IMG/VR virus record: IMGVR_UViG_3300025605_000006
Length of the DNA: 20,000 nucleotides
Source of the DNA: an uncultured virus (IMG/VR IMGVR_UViG_3300025605_000006)
Lineage: Duplodnaviria; Heunggongvirae; Uroviricota; Caudoviricetes
Reading direction: 5' to 3' (one strand)
A program made the position numbers and the translations under genes. Positions 15,857 through 20,000 of this stretch are shown here, one piece after another (within the stretch, counting starts at the first letter, position 1; the number at the start of each line of letters is the position of its first letter). The notes under the pieces are model-generated. The model saw only the letters and a program-made list of their open reading frames with translations. It was not told the origin of the DNA and searched no databases.

Positions 15857-16207
15857 TCAAGGAACGATGAAGTCCTCCAGCCCAACCCTTGACACTCGAT
15901 AGGCACTGTTGAGAAGTCGGGACTTGAGGATGTAATCCGCCCCAACGGGGTTCGCAGTATGAGCGAAGATGCACCCGATGTCCAGAGGGTCCTCGAAAAA
16001 CACTTTCTCCTCCAAGAAGTCCACTACTGGACGTATCGTGTCCTCTCCTCCGAGGTCGTGATCCAAATAGAGGGCATCCCAGGACTTCTGGACTTCTGGA
16101 CTCTCGGACTGGAGGACTTGAAGGGCGTCCTTCGATGTGCGAACATGGTGGACGTCGTGGCCAGGCTTGACCAAAGTCCGCTCGTCGTCTATCACCAAGA
16201 TCCTCAT
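15857..16207 (-). CDS. cyclic-phosphate-processing receiver-like domain protein, 116 aa
   Basis: MRILVIDDER, LYLDHDLG, HTANPVG motifs; minus TTGACG 16243 promoter. Confidence 0.75.
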   Translation of the reverse strand: MRILVIDDERTLVKPGHDVHHVRTSKDALQVLQSESPEVQKSWDALYLDHDLGGEDTIRPVVDFLEEKVFFEDPLDIGCIFAHTANPVGADYILKSRLLNSAYRVSRVGLEDFIVP

Positions 16208-16882
16208 GGGTCCAACATACAGCGCCCAAGGGGTGTTCGTCAAGCAAAAAGGGCGTCCCCAGCCTCAAAAACGTTCAACTCTGCCCATTCCCCCGCCAAA
16301 ACGGACTGAAGTCAATGGAAATCACAGTGTCCGTCCGTGGATTCGAGCCTAAAAACACTTGAACGAGGGGTTTGTCAAGGGTAAAACTGTCCTCGACCGG
16401 CTCGAAACCCTTGAATCTTCAAGGACAGTCCGGGCAAAACCCTTGAAAAGGGTTGACAGAGGGGGGAGCGGGCGCTTATACTGCCCCCAGGAGCCCGGAA
16501 ACCCTAAAAACAGTCAACTTTCCTTGCGCTCCTCACTGAAAAGGGATACAAGGAGGCCTTGTTTGCAGTTTAGGGACTCGTTTTTGCTTCAAAAACCCTC
16601 AAAACCCTTGACTTTGTCTCTTTGATGAGCGATTATCGGACGAAACTTTACCGAAAACGGTAAAGTCCTTGACGCGAGAGGGGTGTCCAAGCTAGTTTGG
16701 ACTGTGTGGAGGGGTTTGGGGCCGGGATAGCGGTCCGGTCCTCGGGACTGGACTGTTCTGGGTGTCTTTATAGCGTCCAGATGTCCGGACCGTCGTCTCT
16801 ATAGTGATATTGTCCGTCCCTGTCCTTGGTCCGTCCGGGGGTCCTCTCGTCCAGGTGGGGGTTGTGGTGGGGTCCGCGGAGG

Positions 16883-16918
16883 ACCTGAGAGACCGAACAG
16901 GTGTTCGGTCTCCCAGGT
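16883..16918. terminator. hairpin after minus-strand gene with an embedded SOS box
   Basis: ACCTG-AGAGACCGAAC-AGGT-GTTCGGTCTCC-CAGGT. Confidence 0.5.
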
Positions 16919-16919
16919 G

Positions 16920-17078
16920 TCATAGATCGTGCTCCTCTGCGCATGACTGACAGGCGATCCCATGCTCGCCCGGATCATCCCAGGTTGCGTATGCGATCGT
17001 GTAGGTGATCATGTCATCCTCGTTGTGCTCCTCTCCGCACATCTCGCACTGACAGTAGATGATTCGCTCGGTTTCCAT
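16920..17078 (-). CDS. acidic Zn-finger microprotein, 52 aa
   Basis: minus TTGACT 17114, leaderless ATG 17078; CEMC...CQSC. Confidence 0.75.
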   Translation of the reverse strand: METERIIYCQCEMCGEEHNEDDMITYTIAYATWDDPGEHGIACQSCAEEHDL

Positions 17079-17139
17079 GACTACATCTAACCATGAGCGA
17101 CTGAGCGAAGTCAACCCCTAATGTCGGGATATCTTGCCT

Positions 17140-17187
17140 ACGAACAGGTGTTCGATTGTCGGGCGGGTCGGACGAACATTTGTTCGG
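17140..17187. promoter_or_regulatory. pair of LexA SOS-box-like sites
   Basis: ACGAAC-AGGT-GTTCGA and ACGAAC-ATTT-GTTCGG between divergent promoters. Confidence 0.65.
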
Positions 17188-17267
17188 TCCCAAGAGTCCT
17201 GAGCGTCCTCTCAGGGTCCTCACAGAAAGTCCTTGACAAGCGTCCTCCTATAGTCCAAGATAGGGAC

Positions 17268-17456
17268 ATGGCTTCCAACAAGTTCCCCACCTATTGCATC
17301 GACTGCGACCGACAGGTCGGAGCAGGACACGCCCCGCTCCTCAAGGCCAAGGGACGTTGGGTCGTTGCGTGTCGCAACCTCTCGACCATCCCCACCTACG
17401 GGTCGGACGACGGGTACGATGCGATCAAGGACCGCATGCTGGAGGGAGGATGGTGA
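17268..17456 (+). CDS. Cys-containing microprotein, 62 aa (MASNKFPTYCIDC...)
   Basis: TTGACA 17233-17-CAAGAT, ATG 6 nt later. Confidence 0.75.
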   Translation: MASNKFPTYCIDCDRQVGAGHAPLLKAKGRWVVACRNLSTIPTYGSDDGYDAIKDRMLEGGW

Positions 17457-17605
17457 TGGTGCTACGTCGGACAGTGTGTCGACTGACAGGACACTACTGG
17501 GAGGACAGCGAGGTCGGACTGGAGTGTCTCGACCGGACCGTCCCGGTCGTTTCCAAGTGTCGACGTTGCGGTACCACCCGGACCGACTTTCGTCCAAAGA
17601 AGTAG
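17456..17605 (+). CDS. DUF1660-like Zn-binding phage microprotein
   Basis: TGATG overlap, GGAGG upstream; CRLTGHYW...CRRCG. Confidence 0.65.
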   Translation: MVLRRTVCRLTGHYWEDSEVGLECLDRTVPVVSKCRRCGTTRTDFRPKK

Positions 17606-17680
17606 CGCAGGACCGAACCCCGAACAGTCCAGTCCTGCGTCCAGTCCTCAAGGACGAGGACCGATTAGGTCTGTCCTCCG

Positions 17681-18163
17681 CTAGGTGAAACATCCCACAA
17701 GAAAGTCCTTGCAATCGTGAAACGGGGGGTCCATAATAGGGACATGAACAACAACGACACCGTAACCCCGGAGCAGCTGGCCGAGGCCGAGGCCATCCTG
17801 GCAGCTTCCCATGGCCGAGTCGGGACCCTCCCCACCGAGGACCTTCTCCCCATCCAAGCTGAGGCCAAGCTCGTGCTTGCCAAGCTCCGCCATCCTTCCA
17901 TGACCCGCGAGCATGGCGAGCTTCTTCTCACCGGACTGGTGCACTCGATCATCTCCGCTGAGGTCCGCAACCTTCCCCAGGCCCGGACCGTGCGAGTCGG
18001 GTCGGGACGCCGCGGCTTGTTCGGGCGCTGAGAGACCGGGGAGGGACCTACCCTCCCCGTCCTCCGTCCCCAGAGACGAGGACCGACAGGATCGTCCTTC
18101 GTCACTAGGTGAAACATCCCACAAGAAAGTCCTTGCAATCGTGAAACGGGGGGTCCATAATAG
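17681..18163 (+). repeat. 59-bp identical direct repeat (17681-17739 and 18105-18163), each a complete promoter module
   Basis: CTAGGTGAAACATCCCACAAGAAAGTCCTTGCAATCGTGAAACGGGGGGTCCATAATAG occurs twice. Confidence 0.95.
17744..18031 (+). CDS. hypothetical protein, 95 aa
   Basis: TTGCAA 17709-17-CATAAT, leaderless. Confidence 0.75.
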   Translation: MNNNDTVTPEQLAEAEAILAASHGRVGTLPTEDLLPIQAEAKLVLAKLRHPSMTREHGELLLTGLVHSIISAEVRNLPQARTVRVGSGRRGLFGR

Positions 18164-18167
18164 ACAC

Positions 18168-18416
18168 ATGGAAACACCCACCACGAACCCACAGACCCTA
18201 GTCGCCATGGACTGGGATCGGACCGACCCGAGCATCCAAGGAGTCCTCGACTTTGTGGGCGGTGCGCTGCTCTCCCACGAGAGGACGGCAGTGAAGCACT
18301 GGAGGACGGGGGAGGACGTGCCGACACATCGGGTCACGTTCGACGCCAGGAAGGTCCGCAACACTGAGGTCCATGGCGTTGCGTTCAGGTCGGGCTTTGT
18401 GTCTCACATAGAGTGA
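18168..18416 (+). CDS. hypothetical protein, 82 aa
   Basis: TTGCAA 18133-17-CATAAT, leaderless. Confidence 0.75.
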   Translation: METPTTNPQTLVAMDWDRTDPSIQGVLDFVGGALLSHERTAVKHWRTGEDVPTHRVTFDARKVRNTEVHGVAFRSGFVSHIE

Positions 18417-18625
18417 GTGAACCTAGGACCGGAGACCACCTAGAGTGGTCCTATGTCCGAGTCCCCAGGACGCATCCACTGTCCGGTCCCTAAGGACAGG
18501 ACTCTCAACCTCAAGTAAAGGTTTAGGGTCCACCCCGGACGTCCTCGCAGCCCGCCACAGTCCCCGTCCAACTAGGTGAAACATTCTGCTTGACAGGACG
18601 GAGCGTCCCATGGTTAGATGTGTGC

Positions 18626-19375
18626 ATGGAAACGACAGCCACCCAGACAATCGACAAGGCCGAGGCTGGACCCCTCAAGTTCTGGGTCGTCGGTGGGGCC
18701 GTCCGTGACGGCATCCTCGGGACCACAGTCAAGGACGTGGACTTCGCTGTGGAAGCTCCGTCCTTCACTGCGATGGTCGAGGGACTGGAGGGACTTGGCT
18801 TCAAGATATTCCAAGTCCGCGAGTCCTTCCTGACAGTTCGGGCGGGGGTCCCCAACGGACACGCTCTCCGCAAGGTCACCAAGGACGCTGATTTTGTGAT
18901 GTGTCGTGCCGATGGTCCTTCGACCGATGGGCGACGACCGGACTTTGTCACCCCCGGTACCATCCTTGACGATCTGAAGCGTAGGGACTTCACTGTGAAC
19001 GCCATGGCCCAGGACCCGGACGGTGGGCTGCTGGACCCCCATGGGGGACTGAAGGATCTTCGATCAAGGACCCTGAGGTTCGTCGGGGACCCCATGGAAC
19101 GCATCACCGAGGACGGGCTGAGGGTCCTCCGAGGCTTTCGCTTTATGGTCACAAAGACCATGACCCCGGACCCCGCCACGGACGCCGCGCTGCGCTCTGA
19201 GGTTGCTGCCGAGATGCTGGCAACGATCCCAGTCGAAAGGGTCCGCGAGGAAGTCCTCAAGATGTTCGAGGGGGACCCCGTTGCTCCCATGACTCTCATA
19301 GCAGGACTTCCCTCAAGGACCCAGGACGCCATCTTTCGGGATGGGCTGAGGTTGACCCCTAGCCTCAAGCAGTGA
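18626..19375 (+). CDS. cca: class II tRNA nucleotidyltransferase (CCA-adding/poly(A) polymerase family), short 249-aa form
   Basis: VVGGAVRD...KDVDF, RRDFTVNAMA, DPHGG, EDGLRVLRGFRF, ERVREE; promoter TTGACA 18590. Confidence 0.9.
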   Translation: METTATQTIDKAEAGPLKFWVVGGAVRDGILGTTVKDVDFAVEAPSFTAMVEGLEGLGFKIFQVRESFLTVRAGVPNGHALRKVTKDADFVMCRADGPSTDGRRPDFVTPGTILDDLKRRDFTVNAMAQDPDGGLLDPHGGLKDLRSRTLRFVGDPMERITEDGLRVLRGFRFMVTKTMTPDPATDAALRSEVAAEMLATIPVERVREEVLKMFEGDPVAPMTLIAGLPSRTQDAIFRDGLRLTPSLKQ

Positions 19376-19437
19376 CCGCGAGAATAGGTCATATGACCTA
19401 GTTGACAGTCCGTCGGTTCTAGTGTTCAATGGTCTAC

Positions 19438-19629
19438 ATGGAACACCACATCGACCCCATCGACTCGGCCATTCTGAGGCTCCGCTTCAGTGGTCGTTCC
19501 CTCGACTCCACTGCCGAGGTCATGGAGTCGGACCCGCGACTGGTTCGACTTCGGGAGGCCAAGGCCATGAACGCTCTTCGGACCGCGGGTTTCTCCGATG
19601 GGGAGATTCGCGACCACTTCGGGCGCTGA
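19438..19629 (+). CDS. standalone sigma70 region-4-like HTH protein, 63 aa
   Basis: ILRLRF..RSLDSTAEVM....VRLREAKAMNALR resembles sigma region 4.2; TTGACA 19402-17-TTCAAT. Confidence 0.65.
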   Translation: MEHHIDPIDSAILRLRFSGRSLDSTAEVMESDPRLVRLREAKAMNALRTAGFSDGEIRDHFGR

Positions 19630-19721
19630 ACCCCGGCCCGATCCGGACAAGGCCGAAAGGCTAGACCGGATCGGGCTACCGTCCTGGCGCTAGGGGCGCT
19701 ACCGTTCTGGCAGGCCAGATC

Positions 19722-20000
19722 GTCCTGGTGTCCAGCCCGTAGGGACCCGGACGCTAACCCTCAAGTTGAGGTCGAGAGCGGACCGGGACGTCCCCTCGGG
19801 TCCTGGTGTCCAGCCCGTAGGGACCCGGACGCTAACCCTCAAGTTGAGGTCGAGAGCGGACCGGGACGTCCCCTCGGGTCCTGGTGTACAGTCCGTAGGG
19901 ACCCGGACGCTAACCCTCAAGTTGAGGTCGAGAGCGGACCGGGACGTCCCCTCGGGTCCTGGTGTCCAGCCCGTAGGGACCCGGACGCTAACCCTCAAGT
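19722..20000. repeat. 78-bp tandem repeat, at least 3.5 copies, running off the window
   Basis: units at 19722, 19800, 19878 (2 substitutions), 19956; each contains CTAACCCTCAAGTTGAGGTCGAG. Confidence 0.95.

Noticed and set aside
17682..17692. parS site (GTGAAACA)
   Set aside because: Only a half-match to TGTTTCACGTGAAACA; better explained as a member of the TAGG-N8-CCYA family
1502..19392. long antisense or alternative-frame ORFs (e.g. 1502-2341, 5836-6456, 7960-8640, 13930-14802, 17665-18364, 18523-19392)
   Set aside because: Shadow ORFs typical of high-GC DNA, overlapping better-supported promoter-led genes (only the last 32 codons of 1502-2341 are kept)
19699..19998. repetitive 99-aa minus-strand ORF, or CRISPR array
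   Set aside because: The open frame follows from the 78-bp (26-codon) repeat unit; no spacers and no start signals within the window

Overview
High-GC window that looks like the early/accessory ('host-takeover') region of a large phage or phage-like element, probably with an actinobacterial host (inference). It holds about 50 mostly tiny ORFs. About 36 of them have their own near-consensus sigma70/SigA promoter (TTGACA-17/18 bp-TAnnnT) with the start codon only 6-7 nt past the -10 box, implying leaderless mRNAs, so many real genes start downstream of, or are missing from, the supplied ORF track. Recognisable proteins: ArdC-like antirestriction protein, T4 PseT-like HAD phosphatase, short class II CCA-type nucleotidyltransferase, cyclic-phosphate-processing receiver domain, standalone sigma70 region-4 HTH, truncated ParA/MinD-like protein, two paralogous Cys-His-Asp proteins, and many acidic, basic and Zn-finger microproteins. 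Five promoters of the same class lead into structured non-coding sequence rather than a gene: a hairpin chain, a D-armless tRNA-like RNA, a pseudoknotted multi-junction RNA, a 252-nt domain closed by a 32-bp stem, and a three-way-junction RNA. Spacers are rich in GGAC/GTCC and carry recurrent palindromes: Gram-positive LexA SOS boxes, an FtsR/MerR-like palindrome (also in a 78-bp tandem array) and a TAGG-N8-CCYA motif next to -35 boxes. All calls are by eye; no database searches were run.
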